Positions 37,619 through 47,721 of a stretch of DNA of 64,000 bases are shown piece by piece; position 1 is the stretch's first letter, and every line of letters starts with the position of its first letter. A model generated the notes under the pieces. That model did no database searches and was not told the DNA's origin. It was given only the letters and a program-made list of their open reading frames with translations. The DNA is from Amphibalanus amphitrite (Eukaryota): NCBI RefSeq assembly GCF_019059575.1, contig NW_024881729.1, forward strand, positions 480,406 to 544,405, in the 5' to 3' direction. Both the position numbers and the translations under genes were made by a program.

Positions 37619-37652
37619 CTCACGTGAAACAACACGACTTTTCACGATGCAT

Positions 37653-37800
37653 TTACTTACCGAGGTCGCAGTACGAACGCTTCAACTGATGGCTATCGTC
37701 TTCCAAGCAAAGTAGCGGCTTCTTCGGTTGTTTATCTTCCTTCCACACACCAGGTTTATCTTCCTTCCACACACCAGCAGTCAGCACTACTCCGGCTGAA
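37653..37800 (-). CDS. Speculative Cys-rich exon: CSAGVVLTAGVWKEDKPGVWKEDKQPKKPLLCLEDDSHQLKRSYCDLG.
   Basis: On the minus strand the acceptor ttttgtttacag is excellent and the donor is GTAAGT. Only one frame is open. The rest of the gene was not identified. Confidence 0.2.
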
Positions 37801-39642
37801 CACCTGTAAACAAAACAGCTGTAAAAACGTAAAACTTTCGTCTCTGTAAACTAAAACACCAAACCATTTCCCACGTGACAGAGTTCCCAATCCACAGTTA
37901 GGGTCACATACGAACGAGTAGTCCATGCGTCACATACGATGCTTCATAAGTCCCAACCCATCAGCCCGATACTCACCTTTCAGCTCTGGCATCGTTCTTG
38001 CGAAAAAAGTCACCGGTGTATACAAATTATATGACACGCAGAGCGGTCACAGATCTTCCCCATTTCCAGTCGAGCGACCGCATGACATCATCCAAATGCC
38101 GCCATGACGTACCTATTTCTGAGTAACGGAGCGGCGTCCTGATGACACTGAATCATGTTGAGACAGACATTGGAGGGGTAAGCCTAAACACATGACTGGG
38201 GAACTGAGTAGAGCAGTCTGCGATTTATAAGCACATCTATGCATTTCGACAGTAACGGTGCACTAGCATTAACCCGAGAACTCATGATCGGATGGCAGGT
38301 ATGCATTGCCTGTCACATGATATGCAGCATAGAGGTGCGATTTCGACAGCGTGGCCCTCATCGATCTGTGAGCAGTAATGCAGTGTTGTGGCAACGAGAG
38401 TATAAATGATCCAGACCGTTTGCTCGATACATACATGTAGGATCAATTATTAACAGCGAGATTCTGATGAGCCTTGCGAACGATACCAGGACCGCACTTA
38501 ATCATCAGTGAGACAAGTTACATGGGACTTCTCCCTCCCACTAAAAAAAATTGACGACTGATAACAGCACACTGCATATGAGACATCAGGCATACACAGA
38601 CAGCCACGTCATGCCAGGTAGGTTAGGTTAGGTTCTAGCCAGCCAAATACTAACCCAGCCAGCCAGGTGTGTATAATGTCATGATAAAACTATACTTCAG
38701 GCATTTGTTTCAGCTTCTGATCTTCAGCTGAGGGCTGGGTTCTATTCATCCCATCCCCAGCCACCAGCCGAGCCAGAATTCGGCGGCCTGCTGACCAGTA
38801 GTTATCTATCTCACGAACTCATGACCGGTGGTCGCTGGACCAATGAAGATACCACAGGACGTGCATGGTAAAAATAGCGACAGCAAACTTCCCGATTGGC
38901 AGTGACAAGAGCATACAAACACGATAACTAATCAAGCACGGCGTCTGCCAAGAGACTTTGGCTTATGGTGCACCAAATGGGCGTCTGAGTCTGCGAAGGT
39001 GCAAGGACAAGGAATCAGAATAGGTTTTTAATACTTGAGCAAAGCATGATACAAGTGCAATCATACTTGAGCAAAAGCTGACTGGAGCTAAGCTTCACTG
39101 GTTCACGTCAGTTGAGTTTATCCATCAAATGACTAGCGGCGAGGACGTAAACCAGAGCTTTGTACCCTAGACTGGTCAAACAGGTGGCGCCACTCTTGCG
39201 TTAGCCACGTTAGCTTTCGCGGAGCTACGTAGGGGGCAATGCGTTCCAAGTGAGCGCGAACGATATCGTCGTTACATACAGCTGTTACGAATATTTGAGC
39301 ACCGAGTATCAACGACAAATAGTTTGTACAGACAGAGCGTACTAATGACAGCGATTTCCATTTGGACACCCTGATAGCCCAGTCAATTTCGCATGAAATC
39401 GGCGTTCGTACTACCTCCGAACCAGATTCACTGGCAAAACCACCAGCTGCAGCCAAGCCCCCTGTCCCTCCCTTGCCCCTCATTTTCGTCACCCTCTCTG
39501 ACTCCTAAACTCTCGTAACCTCAGTGCCTCACCCCTCTATCCCACAAAACAAGGCGCTCCCGGCTCTGAGCAGCGTGTATTTTTGTCACGAAGACCCGCG
39601 GCCGCGACAGTGGCAACATTAGGCGGACGGCAATAGGGCAAT

Positions 39643-39836
39643 TTAACGTTTGCGGCGCAGCGAGAGCGTGTTCCGTCGCAGCCAGTTGGCCCGTCGCGAG
39701 CCACCCTTGGTGTTGTTGAACTTGCGTCCGTGGCCGATGCCGCGGTGCTTACGGCCGGCCGAGGTCTTGCCGCGCAGTTCGCGGTGCTTGTGCACGGCGT
39801 TACAGATCCAGTTGATCTTAGCGTCGTGGCGGATGG
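39643..39836 (-). CDS. RPL15: Ribosomal protein L15 exon 3: [64 protein letters not shown] followed by the stop.
   Basis: It matches the human RPL15 C-terminus ([40 protein letters not shown]...). The acceptor is ctctacag|GCC, and the TAA stop is at 39643-39645. Confidence 0.92.
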
Positions 39837-40152
39837 CCTGTAGAGGAGAGACGGGCGTCAGTAGTCGGGTCGAGGTGGGAGAGAGCGGCGGGCGGGGATA
39901 TATATGGTCATGCGTTATGGCGACTCGGCGAAGGACGTGAAATAGTAGTGATGCAAACATCGAACATTCTGGCTTCTCAACAAGAAGTAGGTTTGGATCA
40001 TTGAAAAAAGCTCAGGAGAGGAACAGCCAGGAGACCAAATCCTACCGCAATCACGTCAACCTTAGCAGGAACGATTCGTATCTCCCATCTGCTGAAAAGA
40101 CAACTTCTCGGAAGTTGGCAATGACAGCGTTAAGGATGAGTCCAGGAAACGA

Positions 40153-40275
40153 ATGTGGTCTAAGCTCCACCCCGGCCCAATATGCAACATGGACCAGGTT
40201 GGTAAGCCGTCAGTTGCTGTACTTTCTCTCCTTAGGACAACACTATAGATAAAATGTGGTCCTTACACTGAGAAA
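40153..40275 (-). ncRNA. Conserved ~123 nt element in RPL15 intron 2, read here as a candidate intron-encoded H/ACA-like small RNA. It could instead be a short repeat.
   Basis: It is ~95% identical to the copy at 41789-41915 in intron 1 and has the same orientation. Read on the host-gene strand, conservation ends 3 nt after an ACA (ACAttc versus ACAttt). There are internal ANANNA candidates (AGAGAA, ACAGCA). A ttctttctc/gagaaag stem is possible at the 5' end. Confidence 0.35.
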
Positions 40276-41413
40276 GAAATAAGGTTCTATGACGTCCCGT
40301 TCCAAAACAAAAATAACGACATTTAAAGGTAGTGTGCCAGCTTTCTTGGACCGTATGGAGATAATGGCCCAGATAAGGAGAACCGGATTTTTAGAACTTA
40401 TCCATACCTTCAAAACTCATGGAAACGTCTTAAATTCTTCAAATTTTGAGTACCCCAGTGCGAAATTCGCCCCGACGGGTTGTCGGTCGTACCCCAACCA
40501 CATTTCACACCACTATGAACAAGAAATGCACACACTGAAATCGCTATTACCGATATGCTCATCCAATCAAGTTTCGATAAACCCGTTCATCATCATCTCC
40601 TGCGGTTTCGAACACGCCTGTTAGGTGGCTTCTGATGCTCGTCGAGGTCGGAATTTCCAAATACGCGTGGTGCGTCGGGCCGCGCGCTCTGACTTCGGCC
40701 AAGAAAAATGCGTCAGCTGATCATTGTCATTTCTGCCACTTGCGTGTTGTGAAATGGGGTCATAACTTATAAGACGGCTTTTTCATATCAATTATTTTAC
40801 ATAAAATCATATTTCAAACCATAAATAATGTTTGACAGCCAAATAAAAGAAACAATACCAATACGGGCTTACAGTTTAAGGCTCGACATTGTGTTGTCTA
40901 CGATTAGACAGCTGATAACTCATTCCCGTACGTCGTATGGTCGTAACACTATAATGACCTTTGCTTATTGTCACAAGTGCGCCGCATTCGCGATTGTTGC
41001 CCGACGCCTGTTTGCAGGTGAGCCCACTACAGTTGTTATACATATCTAAAAACCGAAAAACTTTTAGGCGAAAAAGGCACTATTCCAGGCCCATTTTTGA
41101 TTTTTTTTTTGCGATATTAGGTAAAAACAGAAGCTTCTTATCCTAGGAAAAATAAAATGGGAAATCTTTCAAAGGTGGCACACTACCTTTAATCGAACTT
41201 GGTCGGCACCGCTAAATGCGTCCTATATATGGAAGAAACGCGCCCATGAACAAGAAATATCGTACCAACGATAAAGACATCAAAAAATCGGCACCACTGC
41301 CGCGGACCCCGATAAAAATCCTATCAGCATCATCGCGATCGCCCTCCCTCAGCTCTCCCATCCACGAATCAAACATTCCACCCCTTCAACCACCAATCAT
41401 ACCCTATGCTCAC

Positions 41414-41661
41414 CTTATGCGCGGGATCGACGAGAATCACCTCGAAGTACTTATAGGTGGCGTCCTGGCCAACCCAGTAAGAGTTGAGCACACGCAGCGC
41501 GTTGCACTTCTTGCCGACGCGACCCTCGGCCACCGACTGGTGGTTCATGTTGAGCTTCAGCTCATTCACTCCCTGGCGCACCGGCTTGCCGTAGGTGGCG
41601 CCCTTGTGCACCGGGCGTTTGCGGCCTCCGCGGCGCAGGCGAACGCGGTAGATGGCGTATC
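41414..41661 (-). CDS. RPL15: Ribosomal protein L15 exon 2: (G)[35 protein letters not shown]...[24 protein letters not shown].
   Basis: It matches human RPL15 residues ~58-140. The acceptor is ttcccag|GA and the donor is AAG|gtgagc. Confidence 0.92.
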
Positions 41662-41788
41662 CTGGGAACGGAAAAACGACCGTCAAACTTGGCACTTCAT
41701 CTTTCATTTTGAAGATGAATAAATATGGACAACAGACTAGGCAAATTAACAATTGATGGCTACATGAAGGCAGTAGGGTGCAAAATAC

Positions 41789-41915
41789 AAATGTGGTCCA
41801 AGCTCCACCCCGGCCCAATATGCAACATGAGCCAGGTTGGTAAGCCGTCAGTTGCTGTACTTTCTCTCCTTAAGACAACACTATGAATAAAATGCGGTCC
41901 TTACACAGAGAAAGA
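41789..41915 (-). ncRNA. Second copy of the conserved intronic element, in RPL15 intron 1; candidate H/ACA-like small RNA or short repeat.
   Basis: See the 40153-40275 feature. Both copies lie in introns of a ribosomal protein gene, which is the classic snoRNA host arrangement. Confidence 0.35.
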
Positions 41916-42102
41916 ATGCATATTATCCTTTGAGTGTGAAGAAACATTCTCAATAGCATAATGGAAGTAGCTGGCAGCATCCTCCAGTTCCACCAACTTA
42001 CACATTACTAAAATCTAGCTTCAACAATTGGCCATAATATTACTAGGTATCAGAGTTAGCAACATGCAAATACACCCAACATTGACAGCACAGTGCTCAT
42101 AC

Positions 42103-42274
42103 CCTGCTTGGCCCGGTAGCCGAGACGCCGCGCCTTCTCAGGGCGGGTGGGCCGGACGCAGCGGTGGATCTTGTTCAGCTGGCGGTACTGCCACATCCGC
42201 ACGCGCAGCAGGTAACGCATCACATCACTCTGCTTCTTGCGCCATAACTCCTGCATGTACTTGTAGGCTCCCAT
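42103..42274 (-). CDS. RPL15: Ribosomal protein L15 exon 1: [58 protein letters not shown], with the last codon split.
   Basis: It is near-identical to the human RPL15 N-terminus. The donor on the minus strand is CAGG|gtatga. Confidence 0.92.
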
Positions 42275-42989
42275 CTTGGCCTATTTGGTCTGTAACAAGA
42301 CAATATTGAACATGTTGTTATGCATTACAAAACAAGTGCAAATCCTGAGAGTTCTGTGAATTGCACAATTAGTTTTAGTAAAATGATTAGATATGGCTAA
42401 TTTAAATGTCATCACCATGCAACAGATAGAAGTTACAGGCAACATCAGAAGTTTCAATATTTTTGTTTCTGGTAGTCAATGTCCATATATCACGTTGGAG
42501 AGGAACAAACGTATGTCCCTTATTTTAAGCTCAATGAGATCACCGCTGAATGCCCTTATCGCGGCAGAATGATGGTTTATGATGCCAAATGAAAACTGGC
42601 GAGATGCCAAGGTAGCTGAAACATAACCAAATGAAATCCAACCCGACCCCCAAGTCCTTTTCACCCAACAAATTAAGTAATAGGTAAGGTTTGAATGAAT
42701 ATATGTAAGACAGGTGAAGAGCAGGTTTGGTAGAGACTTAAGATAAGGGAAGGTTAGGTTTGATAAGATAATGTCTGAGCTTAAGAAAATAAATTTTACC
42801 TGAAAAAATTAGAGCCCAACATCTCACCCAAAGATAAAAATTTGACATCACAGTCATCCCATTCAACAGTGGGACAGTAGGTATCATACATAGCCATCCA
42901 GCTGCGCCTGTGGTCAACCAACCCGCGACCTCATTACAAAGTTCAATATTTGTTTGACATCAAAAATCATCCTACCCTGCCCATTAAAG

Positions 42990-43462
42990 GGACCCTCCCA
43001 CCTTAACATTAGTTTTGAGTTGAGATAGCCAAGTTTGCGGCCAGGCTCAGAAACCACCATTTATCCTGGTCGCAACCCCCGCAGCTTTATGGTGTTCAAG
43101 AAATTTCTTCCCTTTACTTGCAGGGTGGGACCAGCGTGGTCCCTATCTCTTAACCATTACGGGAATCTGATGACGTCATCAGGCTTTCGAACGTCCGTTA
43201 AATGTTTGACTAAAACGTTTTGTAGCACGCGGTGGTATATGCTGCTTTGCGCGCAACAAATGCCGCACTTTCAAATAAAGTCGCTAGGAACAGCGGAGAT
43301 CCCAAAAAGTAAACAAAAGTATAAGTCTAATATCTTGAAAACCGGTGAATATTTTTCGATGAAATTTGGTAGATATGCGTTTTTGCTCTTTCTGAACCGA
43401 GCGACATCACTTTCATGCCAATTCATTAACTTTTTTGAAGGTGGGAGGGTCCCTTTAAGTAA
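42990..43462. mobile_element. A ~470 bp MITE with TIRs AGGGACCCTCCCACC, flanked by TTAA on both sides.
   Basis: The left junction is ccaTTAA|AGGGACCCTCCCACC and the right junction is GGTGGGAGGGTCCCT|TTAAgtaattg. It lies adjacent to the left end of the large transposon. Confidence 0.6.
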
Positions 43463-44204
43463 TTGCCAATAGAAAATGTGACCATTTATAATAAAAATTT
43501 ATGCTACACCAACATAATGAACGCTAATGTCACACTGCCGTGCAAAGGAAAAAAAGGGTGAGATCCTGTCTGGCCAAAAATTGATTTCACAGGAGGGACC
43601 AAAAGGTTGTCGCGACCAAAAATGAGTTATAACTTTAAAGTGCCACACGTCAGAATGACGATTTTGGTACCAAACAAAACGTCATGTTTCAATGTTTCTT
43701 CTGATACTAATATAATCGTGTAATGTTTTCTTAGATAAGCTTAAAATGCCTATCTTTTTTTTCCTTTGTAACTGGCTTGCGAAATTTCCAACAAGCGGTG
43801 TGGAAAAAAGCCGTCAGGTGATCAAGCGATTTCACGGCTTTTTGCCACGAACTATTAAACATTTGGCGGTGTGGAAGAAAAGGGTAGACGCGTAAATGAA
43901 TGAATGAATGAATGAATGTCTGGGTTTAACTAGTGTTTGACCTAGCTTAAGGGCGGGCGGTTGGTCTCATTAAGTTGATACTGGTAGGACGCGGACGTGG
44001 TAGACATCATATTCGTCCGACGAATAATACGCAATTAGTCTGCATGCCTAGATGGCTGCATATTGCATCCTAGGTTTGGGAAAATGCCATTTTATCATAG
44101 CTGATAGTCCGTAATTACCTACCTATTACATGTCTTAAACATTAACCACATTAAACCTTATACAGAATTAAACAAAATAGTTCGTCATTCCTGTATTACG
44201 GAAT

Positions 44205-44555
44205 CCTGCTAAAACATCAAACAGTCGACACGAATACAAACATTCAAACATTTCAGCCATTTTCCGTAGTATTGACGGCTATAAAACATCAAAACAGTCG
44301 ATACAAACAGTCGACACGAATACCTACAAACATTCAAACATTTCAGCCATTTTCCGTAGTATTGACGGCTACAAACATGAAAACAGTCGATACAAACAGT
44401 CGACACGAATACAAACATTCAAACATTTCAGCCATTTTCCGTAGTATTGACGGCTATAAAACATCAAAACAGTCGATACGACTACAAACTGAACACCACT
44501 TCAAACATTTCACTGGTCAGCTCAGCCATCTTTCGTGTTATTGACGGCTAGGCAG
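44205..44555. repeat. Subterminal tandem repeat: an ~85-bp unit (caaacatttcagccattttccgtagtattgacggctataaaacatcaaaacagtcgatac...) in about 4 copies.
   Basis: Direct repeats are visible in the sequence, immediately downstream of the transposase ORF's stop codon. Confidence 0.7.
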
Positions 44556-44559
44556 CAGC

Positions 44560-47500
44560 CTATCCCATCAGGTCACGGACGTTTGTCCCGTTGAGGGATA
44601 GCCAGAAGGCGGTCTTATGACCATCCATAAGAGGTGTTAGGTTGTTGATGATTTTGGCCAACTTTTCCTTGTTAACCCCCCTGGGAGTCGTTCGCCTCTC
44701 TGGCTGCTCACATGGAATAAAAGTTGTTTTGAAAAGGTCGTAAGCCGACCACTTTGGGTGCCCATGGACAACCTTCACGTACAGTCGGTCGTCGTCCCGC
44801 CGCACCTGAACGACCTTTATTTCCCGCAGGAGCGGTCGCTTCTCCTCATCAGCGAGACGCTTCAGCTTCGTAGCGCTCACCCCACTGCTGACATCGAAAA
44901 AATCTCCCGGCGCCATCACATGCACTGAGCCCGCCATCTCACATGCCACAACGTAGTCCCGAAAGTCTTGCACACGCACACTAGATTTTGAAAGTTTTTT
45001 GCTCACCACCTGGTGCACCGCATCAGCAGACATACTAGTATGTCCCTTCTCTAAAAACTTGACTGTGATGGTTTTGACTGCAAGATCGCTCCTGTTGACA
45101 CAATTTTGAAGAGCCGAGAGCAAGGTCCAGTTTTTGTTTTGGGCAGAGCAGTTATCTGCCCAGAAGGTGAACTGTTTCGTGTTGTGGTTCAGCTCCACGA
45201 ACTTTATGAATGTTGAAGCGACGTCTGGTGCATCTCGGCCAGACACGCCCTCGTGCCACAAGACGGACACAGCCCCCTTTCCTCCCAACGGCGCGAAAGT
45301 CTCGTTGTAAGTTACAAGTCGCGGGGTGAATACGCACACTTTGTGAGGGAGGATGGGAAGGAGAGCGACCCTCATCATGTCCACGGAAACAATCAGGTGC
45401 GACTCTGCTGACGCTGTGGTTTCGCGGTCTCGGGCGTACTCTGCCCTAGCCTGTTCGGCGCGATCGTGGTGGGCGGCGTGTTCCTGGCACGTGCTGCACG
45501 ACTCATGTTCAAAGCAAGTTTTCACGTGGTGGTCAAATGCAGTACATATCTCGCACTCTTCTTGGCCTAAGCGAGCGAACGACACGTTGGCACTTCGCAG
45601 CGCTTTGCGAAACCGCTCGTAAGAGCAGATCTTGCCCTTTTCCTCCACAAGCTGCTGGTACATCACAGCTGCGTTGAGGTCCGGTGCGAGATATCGGCGT
45701 CTGGGGGCGTGCAGGTAGCGGTAGTGCGGTGCCATCGGACGGTACCGCTCAATGTGCCGCTGCAGCTCGTCCTCGAGTCTGGCTGCCACCGGGTTTGCCG
45801 CGCGCCCCCGCCTGTCCTGCTTTGGGATGAGTCGTCCCACGGCAGATATGATCGGACCGTCATTGTTCGCTGCGAAGCCGAGGGTTGTGAGACAGAACTC
45901 CTTGCACACCCTTCGATCGACCTGTTCTCCAGCTACAGGGAGACGGTAGGCGATGATGCGCCGCTTGGCAGATGCGGTGTTGGTGAGTGGTGGGCTGTCA
46001 GTGACAATGGGAGTAATGTCTCGCACGTGAGTGGCGTACCACTGCATCCTAGCCTCCCTTGAAAGTGAATTGACGGCCTCGTTGATGGCCTGGCGTTGTT
46101 CTTCACTGAAGTGAGTGGCACAACCGAATGAGCACGTGCGATTGCTGCAGGCAGGAGGCATGGGACGGACTGCATGCTTCTGTTTAAAGCCCAGAATTTG
46201 GTGTTCCTGAGTACGAGCTCGTTTTTTTGCGCCCGTGTGACTGCCCACCGTTGTCGGACGAGGAGCATCGGATGCCCCATCTACTGAGGAAGAAGCCCCG
46301 TGGGTGCTAATCGAGGCAGCGTCAAGTCCATCTCCACCGCAGTCCATGGACCGTGGGTTCGGGTCGTCTGGATCGACATTTGCGGTGTGTGCTGTCGGAA
46401 AGCCTCCCCAGCTAGACGCATGAGCGGCGCTACGTGGGTGGGGCGGGGCCATAGGGGCCATGTCACTATCACCTGCTGCGCCGGTACCAGAGGGACCAGA
46501 GGAAGCAATCGATAGGTCAGCGAGGGGTACATCGTTGAATGACGACATGTCACTGCCGGACGTATCCAGGAGTCGCAGGAAATCAAAAGGTCCCGGATCA
46601 ACTAGGTCATTTATGTCAGTCAGACCAATCACGTCATGAGTCGCGACCTCTGTCGACACAGCCCAGGGGTCTTGCTCCCCGACGAAGGTCCCCTGCTCTG
46701 CGGCTGGGGTCCCGCCCTGCTCCGCGGCTGAGGTACCCTGCTCCGCGGCTGGAGTCTCGCCCTGCTCCACTGCAAAAGTCCCCTGCTCCGCGGTCGGGGT
46801 CCACTGCTCCGCGGCAGAGGTCCCCTGGCCACCGGACGGGGTCACGCCCTGCTCCGCGGCCCGCTCTCCAGCAAAGGTCCCCTGCTCCGCGGCAGAGGTC
46901 CCCTGGCCACCGGACGGGGTCACGCCCTGCTCCGCGGCCCGCTCTCCAGCAGAGGTCCCCTGCTCCGCGGCAGAGGTCCCCTGGCCACCGGACGGGGTCA
47001 CGCCCTGCTCCGCGGCCCGCTCTCCAGCAAAGGTCCCGTGCTCCGCGGCAGAGGTCCCCTGGCCACCGGACGGGGTCACGCCCTGCTCTGCGGCCCGCTC
47101 TCCAGCAGAGGTCCCCTGCTCGGCGGCAGAGGTCCCCTGGCCACCGGACGGGGTCACGCCCTGCTCCGCGGCCCGCTCCCCAGCAAAGGTCCCGTGCTCC
47201 GCGGCAGAGGTCCCCTGGCCACCGGACGGGGTCACGCCCTGCTCCGCGGCCCGCTCTCCAGCAGAGGTCCCCTGGCCACCGGACGGGGTCACGCCCTGCT
47301 CCGCGGCCCGCTCTCCAGCAGAGGTCCCCTGCTCCGCGGCAGAGGTCCCCTGGCCACCGGACGGGGTCACGCCCTGCTCCACGGCCCGCTCTCCAGCAGA
47401 GGTCCCGTGCTCCGCGGCAGAGGTCCCCTGGCCACTGGACGGGGTCACGCCCTGCTCCGCGGCCCGCTCTCCAGCAGAGGTCCCCTGCTCCGCGGCAGAG

Positions 47501-47721
47501 GTCCCCTGGCCACCGGACGGGGTCACGCCCTGCTCCACGGCCCGCTCTCCAGCAGAGGTCCCCTGCTCGGCGGCAGAGGTCCCCTGGCCACCGGACGGGG
47601 TCACGCCCTGCTCCGCGGCCGGGTCGCAGCTGCCCGCCGGGGAGAGCACCTGTACAAAAAAAGTATTTTTTAATCGATATCCATGACAAGTCAAATCATT
47701 GATTGTACGAAATATCTGCAA
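44560..47721 (-). CDS. Transposase-like protein of 1053 aa. The N-terminal ~330 aa is a tandem AEQGVTPSGGQGTSAAEQGTSAGERA repeat. The C-terminal ~550 aa has Cys/His clusters and DDE-like blocks (LIVSVDMM..., FTFWADNCSAQNKNW).
   Basis: This is the longest ORF in the window. It lies inside a TIR-bounded element. The D-N-C-S-A-Q-N-K-N motif resembles the second-Asp block of hAT/MULE-type transposases. The superfamily cannot be assigned without a search. Confidence 0.5.
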   Translation of the reverse strand: MQIFRTINDLTCHGYRLKNTFFVQVLSPAGSCDPAAEQGVTPSGGQGTSAAEQGTSAGERAVEQGVTPSGGQGTSAAEQGTSAGERAAEQGVTPSSGQGTSAAEHGTSAGERAVEQGVTPSGGQGTSAAEQGTSAGERAAEQGVTPSGGQGTSAGERAAEQGVTPSGGQGTSAAEHGTFAGERAAEQGVTPSGGQGTSAAEQGTSAGERAAEQGVTPSGGQGTSAAEHGTFAGERAAEQGVTPSGGQGTSAAEQGTSAGERAAEQGVTPSGGQGTSAAEQGTFAGERAAEQGVTPSGGQGTSAAEQWTPTAEQGTFAVEQGETPAAEQGTSAAEQGGTPAAEQGTFVGEQDPWAVSTEVATHDVIGLTDINDLVDPGPFDFLRLLDTSGSDMSSFNDVPLADLSIASSGPSGTGAAGDSDMAPMAPPHPRSAAHASSWGGFPTAHTANVDPDDPNPRSMDCGGDGLDAASISTHGASSSVDGASDAPRPTTVGSHTGAKKRARTQEHQILGFKQKHAVRPMPPACSNRTCSFGCATHFSEEQRQAINEAVNSLSREARMQWYATHVRDITPIVTDSPPLTNTASAKRRIIAYRLPVAGEQVDRRVCKEFCLTTLGFAANNDGPIISAVGRLIPKQDRRGRAANPVAARLEDELQRHIERYRPMAPHYRYLHAPRRRYLAPDLNAAVMYQQLVEEKGKICSYERFRKALRSANVSFARLGQEECEICTAFDHHVKTCFEHESCSTCQEHAAHHDRAEQARAEYARDRETTASAESHLIVSVDMMRVALLPILPHKVCVFTPRLVTYNETFAPLGGKGAVSVLWHEGVSGRDAPDVASTFIKFVELNHNTKQFTFWADNCSAQNKNWTLLSALQNCVNRSDLAVKTITVKFLEKGHTSMSADAVHQVVSKKLSKSSVRVQDFRDYVVACEMAGSVHVMAPGDFFDVSSGVSATKLKRLADEEKRPLLREIKVVQVRRDDDRLYVKVVHGHPKWSAYDLFKTTFIPCEQPERRTTPRGVNKEKLAKIINNLTPLMDGHKTAFWLSLNGTNVRDLMG
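46680..47640. repeat. A 78-bp minisatellite of ~12 units, some 57-bp variants. It encodes the Ala/Glu/Gln/Gly-rich N-terminal repeat of the transposase-like ORF.
   Basis: The unit gtcacgccctgctccgcggcccgctctccagcagaggtcccctgctccgcggcagaggtcccctggccaccggacgggg is periodic. All six frames are open across it. Confidence 0.85.

Noticed and set aside
46539-47702. A 387-aa plus-strand ORF and 351/211-aa ORFs across the 78-bp minisatellite
   Set aside because: The tandem repeat is open in all six frames, so these ORFs are artefacts of it. Only the minus-strand frame continues into a complex protein.
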